Source: Octopus bimaculoides (lineage: Eukaryota). From it: 64,000 nt of DNA. Shown piece after piece: positions 1 through 13,460 of this stretch. The position numbers and the translations under genes were made by a program. Every line of letters starts with the position of its first letter. Within the stretch, counting starts at the first letter, position 1. The stretch spans positions 114,954,252-115,018,251 of the forward strand of contig NC_068982.1 of assembly GCF_001194135.2 (NCBI RefSeq), read 5' to 3'. The notes beneath the pieces are model-generated. The model saw only the letters and a list, made by a program, of their open reading frames with translations, did no database searches and was not told the DNA's origin.

Positions 1-165
1 ATATATATATGCATATATATGTGTATGAATATCTATCTGCATGTATATATATATATATACATATATATGTATGTATATATACATGTATGCGTATATATGC
101 ATATATATACACATACATATCGTTTATGTATATAATGCATGTATGCATGAGTCTATCTATCATTC

Positions 166-196
<31 letters not shown>

Positions 197-1749
197 CTGT
201 CAGTGAGTATGAGTGTGTGTGTGTGTGTGTGTGCGCGCGCGCGCATGTGTGTTTTAGGCTTATCACAAAATCAATTACTGGAATTTCAAATGCATTTAAT
301 ACGTATGTTTCAAGTGGTTACATGACAGATTGTTTTGTAGATATCTGTCTATCAGTGGCTATGTGCGAAATACATTGGTTGAATGAAATTTGGCTCCTGG
401 ATGAAAAAGATACAGAAAACTAGAAAGACATAAGAAAGAAAAAGGAGTATAAAGAAAATGGTGAAATAAATAAACAGGCAATAAACTTTAACCATATAGA
501 GAAGAAAAGAATAAATTATCTCTCCAAAGATGAGATATTTCATACTGAAGCAAGATAAGAAATATGATTGCTTTATTGATAAAATCTTTAAAAGAAAGTT
601 ATAGAATCACTGCTTTTCTCATTGGTGGATGACATCTTTGAATTTAAAGATGTATTTATTAGGCTAATGCCCTGCTCTCAAGTTGTAATGTCATAAATTG
701 AACTTGAAATAAACATTTATGTCATTTAGATGTGCTAGATTTAGCGTTAAACCTTGACTCCAATATATATTGCCCATACCATAAGTTGAACGAAAATTCA
801 CATTATAGATTGTCAACTGTCCAGATTCAGTTAGAAATAACTTAATTAAGCATATTTCCATAGGTCTCTAATTTTTCGGCTAATGATAGGGAATATCTGA
901 ATACCATAAATATTTATCTCTAGTTCAGTTTATGACATTACAGCTTCATAGCAGAGCATTTCTCTGATAAGTATTTTCTTAAATTGAAAGGCGTTATGGT
1001 CCAGTGAAAAAGAATGCGATTCTTTAATTTCCTTAAGATATCAGAAAGAGGGCCATATTTATTAATTTGCTTAAGTAGGACTTGTCTCGTCTTTCGTAGC
1101 ATAATTTAATTTGTTTTTCTTTTTTTTTCTATTTATGGTTGAATTTTATTGCCTGTTTATTTATTTATTTTTATCATTATCTTGGGAGGGTCGTTATGCC
1201 AATGTTGTATCCCAAGATACAAAGTATGTTTCAACACGAATTCACATCAAGAATCTTGCAAACCAAATAGAAAACGAAATATTTTATCATTATGCAATCT
1301 TTAATAGCATCCTCTCTTCCTTGAAAAATGATACAACTATAGTTTCTCTTACATTATTTCTCATTTTCGTTTTCTTTCTATGTTCTCTTTTCAGTGTTTT
1401 TTTCTGTAACTTTTCTATTCCAGTCTCGTATAAATAGGGGTAAATTTGAATTCACCAATGCATTTACTTGTAACGACCGAAATGAATGGTATCAATGTAA
1501 CAATTTCCAACGTAACCATTGAAACATAAGTATTAAATGTATTTAAAATATCAGTTATTGGTTTCGTGATTATTCTAATATTATGCGACTCTTTTTAATA
1601 AAAATCTAACTTATCTCTGCCGAGATAAAATGGATACAGTGTATGATGTTGAAATGAATAAATACTGACTCAAAATGAGTCAAAAATATTTCGTAAAACA
1701 TACAGATTCAAGACCTACTATCGTGTATATATATATATATATATATATA

Positions 1750-2079
1750 GGGAGAATTCACAAAAAAAACAAAAATACAAAAGACGAAGACAGGTGGTGT
1801 AGACAACAAACAGATGTATTAGTTTAACGCTCGGGAAGTGAAAAAGTCTTTAATGCTTCGAGCCTACGCTCTTCCACAGAAAGGAACACAGAAAGAAACA
1901 AGGAGAGAAAATAAAGAATGTGTAGTGGCTAGCAATCTATCATAGCGAATGTCGGACAGAGGGGTCACACAGGAGAGCTAGGAATAAGGNNNNNNNNNNA
2001 GCTCTCCTGTGTGACCCCTCCGTCCGACATTCGCCATGATAGATCGCTAACCACTACACATTCTTTATTTTCTCTCCTT
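1750..2079. repeat. Short repeat (possibly Penelope-terminus-derived) next to (TA)n, with an 80-bp inverted repeat across a 10-N gap
   Basis: Related to 32630-32740 (tgtattagttta.cgctcgggaag). Arms 1900-1979 and 2000-2079 differ at 4 positions. Confidence 0.5.
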
Positions 2080-2375
2080 TGGTTGTTAGTTGTTTGATCT
2101 TAACCAGGTAAGTATGTCCCTTATTGGTTGACGACAAGTGCATCTCTGATCACGAGCAGAAGTTCAAATTCCGCCGAGGTCAACTTTACCTTTCATCCTT
2201 TCGGGGTCGGTAAATAAAGTACCAGTTACGCACTGGGGTCGATGTAATCGACTTAATCCCTTTGTCTATCCTTGTTTGTCTCCTCTATGTTCAGCCCCTT
2301 GTGGGCAATAAAGACATAAGAAGGATGGCCGGGTTAGCTTACTTTTGGACATATGTATCTAATTTAAAGTAACTA

Positions 2376-3635
2376 ATGAATAAGGTGTTTGCTAACCAGA
2401 GGAATCAGCTTACAGACCACAACTGGCTGAAAACCCGTGCCATTTTAGCTCTAAAGAATGTAGCAGGTAAGCGTCACATGTACAATTCCATTGATGCTGT
2501 ACTCAACATCGATGAAGCTGTGAATTATCCAGCTGAATTCTTGAATAGTCTAACACCACCTGGCCTCCCACCTCACAACTTGCACCCCAAGATTGGGGCA
2601 CCAGTTATGCTGCTTCGAAACCTCGATGCATCAAAGCTTTGCAATGGCACACGACTTATAGTAAAGAAGATGATATCAACACTCTTGGAGACAACAATTT
2701 TGACTGGTAAAGCAAGCGGTGAGCCTGTATTCATTCCTAGAGTTCCACTTATTCCCTCGGATATGTCTTTCCAATACAAGCGCCTGCAATTCCCGTTGAA
2801 ACTGAGCTTTGAAATGAGCATCAAGAAGGCCCAGAGCCAGTCCTTGAACGTTGTAGGTCTGAACATTGAAGAACAAGTTTTCTCCCATGGCCAACTTTAT
2901 GTGGGATGCTCAAGAGTCGGCAATCCTAATCATTTGTTTATTTATGCCGCCCCCTCAAGGAAAGACCAAAAATGTTGGTTATCAAGAAGCTCTGCAAACT
3001 TAATAAGATTTACCAAATCATCAGGTATTTATTTTTTAACTGTAATATTTGTAAGTGTTGTAAATATATTGATAATCTACATGTTACTTTATTTTAAAAT
3101 CTACATTCAAATTTATTTGTATGACTACTGTAAAACTAAACGTCAGTCTGTTTTTACATTCATTTTAAATCTATTTCAATACTAGCGCCTCTGAGGGTAA
3201 TATCCTCTGGGAACGCCCTTTTCAGAGTTATTCACTTTGAATTGTTATTATCTCATATTTGATTAGCCTGTTATTACATAAAATGCTTCCCGATTTTGGT
3301 ATACATACCTTATTGGTATTTCCTCCTGAGTTCTATATACTCTGGGAACGCATTAAAGCCCTTTTCGGGGGCTACTTTATTTGAATTCTAACTATCGGGT
3401 AACTAATTTCATGTTATTACGTAACTGACTTCACAATTTGGGTATCCATAACTTATTGGGAATTCCTAAAAACAAGATCCTGTGTAAGACAGTTCGGTAT
3501 TCTCTGTAAATGCCCCAAAACCGTTTTAAGAGCTACATACTTTGTATTGTTGTTATTGGATTAGCGAAACAGTTATGAGAACGGAACCAAGGGATAAGCT
3601 CCGCTCTTACGGAAATTACCGCGTACGTCAGCTAC
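2376..3635 (+). mobile_element. Helitron 3' fragment: decayed Pif1-type helicase C-terminus plus 3' terminus
   Basis: ORF 2376-3185 has Helitron helicase motifs (FLNSLTPPGLPPH, MLLRNLD..LCNGTRL, QFPLKLSF.MSI.KAQ.QSL, VFSHGQLYVGCSRV), with a frameshift near 2958. It ends ...tacgtcagCTAC|tatata at 3635. Bases 3181-3635 match the element at 27446-27938 in reverse orientation. Confidence 0.9.
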
Positions 3636-4144
3636 TATATATATCCTGAGACCCCCTTCGATCATGACTGACCATGGGATTGCACCTAGAAAGTTACCCT
3701 CCTAGGCACAAGTCCGGGCAAAGTTGTTTATGGAAGACCAGCAGTCGCCCATGCATACCGGCCTCCTCTCTCCACGCCATCAGTGTTATCCAAGGGAAAG
3801 GCAAAGGCCAATACAGCTTGGCACCTGTGACGTCAGAACTCATTTCTACAGCTGAGTGAACTGGAGCAAGAACAAAATGCTCAAGAACACAACACGCAGC
3901 CCGGGCCGGGATTCGAACTCATAATCTCACGATCGTACGGTCGACGCTCTNNNNNNNNNNNNNNNNNNNNNNNNNNNNNNNNNNNNNNNNNNNNNNNNNN
4001 NNNNNNNNNNNNNNNNNNNNNNNNNNNNNNNNNNNNNNNNNNNNNNNNNNNNNNNNNNNNNNNNNNNNNNNNNNNNNNNNNNNNNNNNNNNNNNNNNNNN
4101 NNNNNNNNNNNNNNNNNNNNNNNNNNNNNNNNNNNNNNNNNNNN

Positions 4145-4202
<58 letters not shown>

Positions 4203-5964
4203 AGAGAGAGGAGAGAGAGGAGAGAGAGGAGAGAGAGAAGGACAGATATACAGACAAAGAGATAGATGGACTGACAGAGAGCGAAGATAAAGGATGATAA
4301 GGCGGCGAAGAATAGAAAGAAAACAGATAGCAAAGTGCATAAAACAGAATTTGGAAATGTGAGGATTACACGATAATAAGACCCAGAAAAAGTGAGAAAG
4401 AAGAGAAAGAAAGGGAAATGGAGAAGATCATTCGACGATTTTAATAATAATGAACGATCAATGCGCACGAAATATGATTCAATATGAAAATGTCTTGGAT
4501 AAGATGACTTGTTATTAAAATTAAAACTTTAGTGAATAAATTTATTTACTGTATTTTATTTACTCTACGTATCAAATGGCTTGCTTTCCGTTTTTTTCTT
4601 TTTTTTTCTTTCCCTTATTTCAGTCATTTGACTGCAGCCATGCTGGGGCGCAGCCTTGAAGGGTTTTAGACGAACAAATTGACCCCCAGGACTTTTTTTT
4701 AAAGCTTAGTACTTATTCTATCGACCTGTTTTGCCGAAACGCTAAGTTACAAGGGCAGAAACATACCAACACCAGTTGTCAAGCGGTGATGGGGGACAAA
4801 CACACACACACAAGCACACACACACACATATACGACAAGCTTCTTTCAGTTTCCGTCAATCAAATCCACTCACAAAGCTTTGGTTGACCCGAGGCTATTG
4901 TAGAAAGACGCTTGCTCAAGATGCCACGCAAGGGAACTGAACCCGGAACCACGCCTGCTGTCGGATGCTTTATGCTAAAATGTGAAAACTTTGGAGTATA
5001 TTTTTACTGTAACATATTTACATTACATTTCCGTTGGTTTGCTTTTTCGATCGTCATTAGATGTCATGTGTACATGGACCCAAGCTGGATTCGAATCAGG
5101 AGCCTCTATTGTTGAACCAAAGTTAGTAATGTCCTTATCCACTATGGCACTGTCTTAACCAGATGCCTATGTCTTTTTTAGTATTTTAATTATCTCTATT
5201 AAATGATTTTTGAATTGTTTCACTACTTACCTGTAATGTCTGAAATATCTCCAATCATTGAAATTTGGCAGAATTGGTAGAGTACTAATCAAAATTTATT
5301 ATATTAAATCACTCCCTTTACGTTGTGAGTTCAAATCTCATCGGGGTATCTTTTCCTTTCATCCTTCCGGGGAAGTTAAGGTAAGTCAAATACTGCGGTC
5401 GATATAATGTAGGAAACCCCGCACTTTTTTTTTTTTTTTTATCAAATATTGAAATAAAATATCAATGCTTAAATTAGTATTAATGTATCTAATACATTAA
5501 AAAAAAAACTTACGAGAAAGAAAAATGTGATGAGAGTAAAAACAATATTAGTCAATTACTAAGAGCAGTTTGTTTCTAACGAGTATGAAAAACAATTCCA
5601 GATATGTTTCGATTTTAATATGATCTCGCCAGTGAAGCATGCCTTCAATATACTTGCTGAAGTAGTGATGAACGAACCACTAAATAAATATTCAAAATGG
5701 TAAGTTTTATTGGCGTTATAAAATAGCTTCAAATTAATCCCTCCTTTTAAGTTAACCAGGCCATCATGAAGACAACATGAGATACGTGACATTACCAGTT
5801 CCCTCTGATCTGTTACTATTGTCTTAGATTTTCTACCCTCTATAGGGAAGTAACTAGTCGAATTATCACTAATTTGGTGAAGATCCCTTACACTTGGAAC
5901 CCATCTTATTTCATAAACCTTTTGTGATTGCATTTCAACTGAAGTACACTTCTTAAATGTTTGA

Positions 5965-6105
5965 ATTAATTTTGAAAATTATGAGGAATTTAGAGGTGAC
6001 TGATGTTATCAATGTCCCCCTTGAACCTTTATAAGTCATCTACTTCGGGTAAGATATGATCAGGAAGGGAATTCCAGAGCGTCGATGTTCTGGGAAAGAG
6101 AGACT
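5965..6105 (-). mobile_element. Short CR1/L2-like LINE 3' end
   Basis: The - strand translates to ..PRTSTLWNSLP...LPEVDDL*RFKGDIDNISHL, resembling a LINE terminal motif. Confidence 0.5.
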
Positions 6106-9100
6106 GAGTCATTTGCGCAAGGGTTTATTTCTTTTCTCACAAAGTATCAATCTTGAGATATCAGTAACATACTCTTCCTAAGGTGTAAGAACTAATCCAA
6201 ACTCATGAACTTCAGTATATAATTTTTGCTGACACAGACCACAACTGGTTCTGTTTTTAATGTATAATTTATATGCAACTTCCTAAAGGCCTAGTTTAGT
6301 TTAATCTAACGGTTAGAGAATGAAAAGAAATAAACGTGCCCTTCTCTCTTTGGCAGCATGAATGCAAGATCATTTCTAACTAACAGAGGGCGTGACTTGG
6401 CTGAACAAATAACATATTTTCAAACATATTACCCAGCTGTATGATTTTAAATAGCTCCACACCAGTCAATATATATTCTATTATCATACTTGTAGGAAGG
6501 GGAGGGACCAATACTTTCAACAAAAGTTGGAAGGTTCTAAGCCTATAAGGTAAAAGTTCGGTTGATAGACAGTGGGAAGTAAATACATTGATTGGTTGGC
6601 TGGTTGGTTGGCTGGCTGGTTGTTTTGTTGATTAGTAAATATATGGGTAAGAAGGCAGAGAGGAGTTAAGTAAAGTAAGTCCCCGATGAGAGGTAGACTA
6701 ACTTTAACCCAAAGTTGACCTTTATGACGCGATATTAAGCGTTAACACAATCTGCTTATATAATTGTTACATTTATTACTGTTTACTTTTGTATCTCGTA
6801 TCCTTTTTATGCGTGTACGTATGTGTACATGTGTGTGAGTGCGTGTATATGTATATATGTATATATATATATGCATGTATGAGTTTCTTGAATATACTTT
6901 TCTTCGTCTTATTTACAAGTCTTTTCCTTTCTCTATTCAAATAACCACGTGGGAAAGCCCGTCTGTCTTCTTGGTTTGTGTCTGTGTATGTGTGCATATA
7001 AAAATATAAACATACATACATACATACATACATACATACATACATACATACATACATACATACATACGCACGCATACATGTTACTGTATATGTTTCCTAC
7101 TATCATTGTTAGCGTTATTATTGTATTAATTCTTGTGTTTGTTTTGTCTGTTCCTATTCATCTCGTTTGACGTGGTCGGCAAGACTGTTGAACGTTTATC
7201 TCCGCTTCCATTTACTCTGATACCTACTAACAGCTCGAACGTCATTGGCGCCGGTAAACAAATCGAGAAGTCCACAAAAACAACACAGTTTATCAGGTTA
7301 TTAACTTTTAATTGCTGAGCAGTGGCATTAGAATACAGAAGAATACTAAACAACAGGGAGACAACTATTGAAATTGCATAAATGGATACAGACAACAGAA
7401 TTTGATTTATTAGCGAATATTCTTCGTTTAAGACTCTGCCATCCAGTCAATGAATTCTAGACTTTGCTGTGTAATTATTTCTGCTTTTTGCATATTAGAA
7501 AAGACAACTAAGGAAACAGAATGATCTAGAAAATACTATAAGAAATATATGTGAATTACAGCAATTGACGAAGTTTTATCGGTTTACTAGTTTTCATTTT
7601 CATCAAATTACTTATTAATATCTTATTAGAAAACAAACCAACATTGGAGGTAAGTAAAATGTTTTACTTCCATCTGTAATAATATACTTATAAAGAGCCA
7701 TATTTTTGCTTCTAGTCGACACGAGCACCAATAGCAGCTTATTCTTGTCAAACCATATCTTAGTAGCTTAAAAGAGGAAGGACACATTGGATAGTGTAGT
7801 CTTGGAAACATTGTATGAAAATACAGTGACGAAGTTATCGCTGGAATGGCTTGATTATTTTGACGTGCTTGATCAGAGCTGACCTGAGATTAAGCAACAA
7901 CAACAACAACAGTATCAACAACATCATCTTCTGCAACAAAAAGAAATATGTCATAGTGAGACTTCACTACAGTACTCATTCCTAACCCAAGAAAACAGTT
8001 CATTTCTTTTATTTGTCTAAGACAAACTGCTGAGGAATTTGTGCCAAGTCAAAAGAGACCTATATTTCATGCTGCTGGAAATTATTGTTTCGATACATGT
8101 ACTTAATTCTTTTTCGTAATGCAAGTTTATCAGTTGTTTGTAGGTCTGCATAATCTTCATGTTATCAAAAAATTATTTATGGTTAAAAAGTAAGATATGT
8201 TTAATACGCATGAGAAGAAATGCTTAACGTTTCCGATTGAACTTTTCATCATTCTCCTGTGAAGCCAAATAAATGTTGTATTCAGCTTAGCTTGTACGAT
8301 TTATTTTACTGTGTCAACCTCCAATGGAAAAGTATGAACACTGACTCCTGTACATCATCCCTTCTATATTCTCAAATTTTCGCACTTGATTAAAAAAATT
8401 CCATAATTTTTCTCAGTGCAGGAATTTTTAGAGGTTGATTGATCCCAACACGTCAATGTGCATAACTTTTTAATCCTCCCGGATTGATATAGCTGATGTT
8501 TAACTTGAACTTCTACAGGCTGATATTTTGACTGGAAGGCATTGACAGAGCGTTGTAGAGAGGAAAGAATTGGTGGGTTAGAAATATATTGAATAATGAA
8601 CAGAGAATAAAAATGCACTAATTATGAGATTAACGTGACATTCAGGGAGTTAGAATGATTCGACTGTTTCCTTTTCTTCCTACCTCAAAAAACTGTGGCC
8701 TTGTGCTTATGTAATAAACCGATATATTGTAAGTAGATACTCTATGTTGTTATTATTGCTGTTTAGTCTCGGGTCTTCCTTGATCGAGCAGGCATAAGAT
8801 CAAGGATAATATTGTCCAGTGTATCCTTTATTTCAGATGGTAGGATCTGGTTTTGGGGACGTTTTGGTTGCTATTTTAAGCGTGGTATTTGAATTCGATA
8901 GTCTTAGGTATCCATATTAAATACATATAGACAGTCACCCAACTATGAACGGACAACTTGTCTTTCATAGCATATTCGATTCTAGTTAGTTATTACGATA
9001 AAGGGAAAAACTCCGGCATTGTAGGAAGCTAGTTATGGTGTGCACCGACATTAATTAATCAGTTGGAGATTTCGATAATTTCAATTGTAATGAAGAAGGT

Positions 9101-9879
9101 AAATTATCTATAACTATAACGAAAGAACTATCTAACATATACCAGTGCACATGAATTGATAACTAAAGTTTCCGATTTTTGACTCTTCATTCAACATTGT
9201 GAGAGTACTATTTTGACTCTCCAGTCAACATTGCGAGAGAACTATTTTAGAGAAATAGTGTGATGTAGACTCTTACGTTTCAAGTTTTTCCCTTCGTCTG
9301 ACAGCAACAGAGAATGAAAAAGAAGTATCATTATCACTTGGGTAGTAGCTTAAGTTTTATTATTGTATATATGAGATAAGACATAGATATTGCTCCAACT
9401 TCTGCCATATATACAAATGTCTGAATCAAAGAACAAAATGCTAACTAGTAAAATCAGTTAAGAATCTATCATAAAGTGACATATATTTTGCTATATCAGT
9501 TGCATTGGACTGACAATCGTTAATGCATCAGACATAACATAAACAAAATTCGAAGTACATAGCCAGAAATAATACATCTGATAAAGAAGAAAAAGATGTG
9601 TGTGTGTGTGTGTGTGTGCATACGTTCGCATAGATATATACTAAATATATATATATATATATACAGTAATACTCCATTTTACGTGGACCAGCTTTACAAG
9701 ACTCCGGGTTTACGAGCTTTTACGAGTTTTATTTTTTGTTTACAAGTTTTCGCTTAACAAGTGTTCTCCGAGAACGAATTAACTCGTATATCGAGGCCTT
9801 AATGCGCGCGTGTGTGTATATATAACTTAGATAACTTAGTGTGGTTTGGCCATTATCGGCCCAGGCCATGACTAACTCA

Positions 9880-10620
9880 TTAGCACCACCTAGAAAAGTC
9901 TTTTAGTTAATTACTTCGGGACACCACGGACCACTCAAGCAGAGAGTTGTTGAGACGTGTCCTGGTGTAAGTGGTTTATACGGTATTTCCTGGAGGAATT
10001 TGTCCAAGTACCGTTTGAAAGTTGTGGGGTCTTTTTCTACTTTAGTTTCTTTCGGAATAACATTGAAAAGAGCCGGACCATTTGCAGTGAAGAAATTGTG
10101 CCGCAATGTTCTTATGTTATGTGATCTCGACCTTTGTAGGGGGCCTAGTCTTGGGTGAATTGTAAACATAATACCGATATCATCTGGATAATATTGGTGG
10201 AATATTTCCCACATGATGCAAATAATGTATCGCTCACGGCGGCGTTGCAGAGAATAGAGTTTCAGTTGTTTACGCCGAGCCCAATAATCAAGTTCCGTCA
10301 TGCCATTTATTGTTTTAGTGATTGATCTTTGTAGCACTTCGATCCTCATTATGTCTTGTTTTTTGTAGGGGGACCACAATAGGCAGCAGTATTGGAGGTG
10401 GGGGCCTAAGGAATGTGGAAAAGAGAAGGATGATGGTTTCATGGTTCCTAGTTTGAAAAGTTCTGAGGATTCATGAGCACATTCTACGAGCAACATCGAC
10501 TTTTTTGCTGATACGCACACTCCAGCTAATGTTGCTGTCGACAGTTACATCTTAGCCTCTGATAAAATCCGATGGTTCAAGTAGGTCTCCCGACGGTAGT
10601 GCATATGGCTGTTTGAGTGT
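9880..10620 (-). mobile_element. CR1/L2-like LINE 3' fragment (post-RT region)
   Basis: ORF 9903-10520 contains PHLQYCC.LWSPYKKQDI..IE.LQR, LKLYSLQRRRERY, GPALFN.IP and FKRYLDKFL..IP. Confidence 0.82.
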
Positions 10621-10661
10621 GCCCTCTTTTCCAAAGTGGATGAGCTTTGTATATGTATATG

Positions 10662-10692
<31 letters not shown>

Positions 10693-12169
10693 NNNNNNNN
10701 NNNNNNNNNNNNNNNNNNNNNNNNNNNNNNNNNNNNNNNNNNNNNNNNNNNNNNNNNNNNNNNNNNNNNNNNNNNNNNNNNNNNNNNNNNNNNNNNNNNN
10801 NNNNNNNNNNNNNNNNNNNNNNNNNNNNNNNNNNNNNNNNNNNNNNNNNNNNNNNNNNNNNNNNNNNNNNNNNNNNNNNNNNNNNNNNNNNNNNNNNNNN
10901 NNNNNNNNNNNNNNNNNNNNNNNNNNNNNNNNNNNNNNNNNNNNNNNNNNNNNNNNNNNNNNNNNNNNNNNNNNNNNNNNNNNNNNNNNNNNNNNNNNNN
11001 NNNNNNNNNNNNNNNNNNNNNNNNNNNNNNNNNNNNNNNNNNNNNNNNNNNNNNNNNNNNNNNNNNNNNNNNNNNNNNNNNNNNNNNNNGTGGCTTGGGA
11101 GAGTCATTCTGTTTTAATGCCTTATTAATTAAGGCATTAAATATAATGCATGAATGCGTGTACATATATAAACAGAGATAGATAAATGATAGTTGGATGG
11201 ATATATATATTAAAAGGAAGTGTTATAATACTTTTCCACATATGCAAAAACAGCCATATCAACAATCCAACATACCTTCATCATCGGCTCCCCCACGGTT
11301 ATCATTATAGTTTCGACACACATATATATAATATGTGTGTGTGTATCTGTGTGTCTTTGTATCTGTGTTTGTCCCCCACTACCGCTTGACAACCAGTGCT
11401 GGTTTGTTACGTCCTCGTAATCTAGCGTTTCGGCAAAAGCGATCGATAGAATAAGTACTAGGCTTTACAAAAAAAGTACTGGGGTCAATTTGTTCGGCTA
11501 AAATTCCTCAAGGCGGTGCCCCAGTATGGCCACAATCAAATGACTGAAACAAAGTAAAGGATAAAAGATATATATACATGATAGCTTCAAACTTGTGTTT
11601 GACTATTGCTATCGCCTGATCGAAAGTCCCACACATGCGAAGGCTACGACCAGCCATTTTTGTAATAGGTCTTACCATTTTTTCAAGCGATGCCTGTGCA
11701 TGTTACCAGTATCGCCCAAGAGCGACCTGACATATATGTGTATATGTGGGTGGGGTAGCAGGTGGGTGGATGTGTGGGTGTGTGTGCGTGTGTGTGGTGG
11801 AAGTTAACTCGTGACCGAGTGAGCCCACTTGCTAAACTCAGTAAGTTCATGCAAAATGTTCTAACTAAAACTAGGTGTACTTCACTCCCAGTGGTTCACA
11901 TTATAGTTAATGCATAGCTCTAATGCAGATTAGACTTGGGAACAATAGTGGCTTAGAGGTGATCCCATACTCCTCAAAACCCTGTAATTCTTCTACCAGG
12001 GTCCCACTATCGGATGCCGTTTAAAGTCATGTCCAGGACAAATACATATATATCGTACATACATACATGCATACATACATTCATACATACATTCATACAT
12101 ACATACATACATGCATAGAGATACACACAAGTATGTATGATTATGCATTTATGCACGTATAAATATTGG

Positions 12170-12832
12170 TTTCAAGTCTTGGCACAAGGCCAGCAATATC
12201 GACGGATGGGCTAAGCAGATTACTTCGACCTCCAGTGATAAACTGGTACTTATTTTATTGACCCCGAAAGTATGACAGAAAGGTAAAGTCGACCTTAGCG
12301 GAATTTGAACTCAGAGCGTAAAGACATATTACATGCCGCTTAACATTTTGCCTGGCGTGCTAACGATTGTGCCAGCTCGCCACTTCTGAGTGTGTAAATA
12401 TTCTTTTCTACTCTAGGCACAAGGTCCGAAATGTTTGGTGTAGGGGCCGGTTGATTAGATCGACCCCAATACACAACTGATATTTAATTTATCGGCCTCG
12501 AAAGGATGAAAGCAAAGTTGACCTCGGCGGAATTTGAACTCAGAACGTAAAGACAGACGAAATACCGCTAAGCATTTCGCCCAGCGTGCTAACGTCCTAC
12601 CAGCTCGCCGCCTTTGAGTGTAAATATTATTTTCTACTCTAGGCACAAGGCCCAAAATTTGGAGGAGGGGGCCAGTCGATTACATCTACCCCAGTACGCA
12701 ACTGGTACTTAATTTATCGACCTCCAAAGGATGAAAGGCAAAGTCAACATCGGCGGAATTTGAACTCAGAACGTAAAAACAGACGAAATACCGCTGGGCA
12801 TTTCGCCCGACACCTTTGAGTGTGTAAATATT
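12170..12832 (-). mobile_element. Three tandem tRNA-derived SINEs, family B (other copies about 2155-2320 +, 5320-5410 +, 49580-50130 -, 57440-57545 -)
   Basis: The - strand has B-box gagttcaaattcc followed by a core gtcgactttgc.tttcatcctt.cgaggtcgataaattaa.taccag in three consecutive units. The core resembles Deu/Nin-type SINE domains (unverified recollection). Confidence 0.82.
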
Positions 12833-13460
12833 GACATATTAATTAGCTTATATGCATTTTAAAATGTAAACATGTATTCTATACTCAGTTTTCTGGAATG
12901 CTACACTGCAATGAAAGAAACGGTCAAGATATGTTTGTGTACGGGAATTGGTAACTACAGGTTCTAAGTTATGATTTTTATTCCTTCATTCAACACTTTG
13001 AGAGTATGGTGCTGTAGAAACAGTTACGTCAAAAAGTGATTTTAATTAAATTAATTTCTTAATTCAATAATGACTAAATGATTGTGGGAAATTAATATAT
13101 ACTTGAGTGAAACAGTAGAATTGGTAGGGTTTGGGATTATAAGTTCGTAGATTTTGAGATGAAACCCATCAACTTTTATTTATTTATTTATTTTTTTACA
13201 TTAGAGCTATAATGTAGATTTTAAGTGCTATTTAGAATAGGCTCCAATTATACTTGGATAAGTTACCTGTGATGGTCAGCGCTATGGCAGTATCAGTTGG
13301 GGTACTGACTCAATGGTCCTTTGAGTTAGTTAAGTAATAACACTAATAAAAATGAACAAACATGTCTTAAGTATTTTAAAATTTAAACGCATCGGATTAG
13401 CAGAATTGTTAGCTCGTTGGACAAAATGCCTTGCAGTATTTCTTCCGGTTTTCTACGTTC

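Noticed and set aside
7126-7395. 89-aa - strand ORF with a hydrophobic N-terminus (signal-peptide-like)
   Set aside because: No recognisable domain or convincing splice context; consistent with chance in T-rich sequence.
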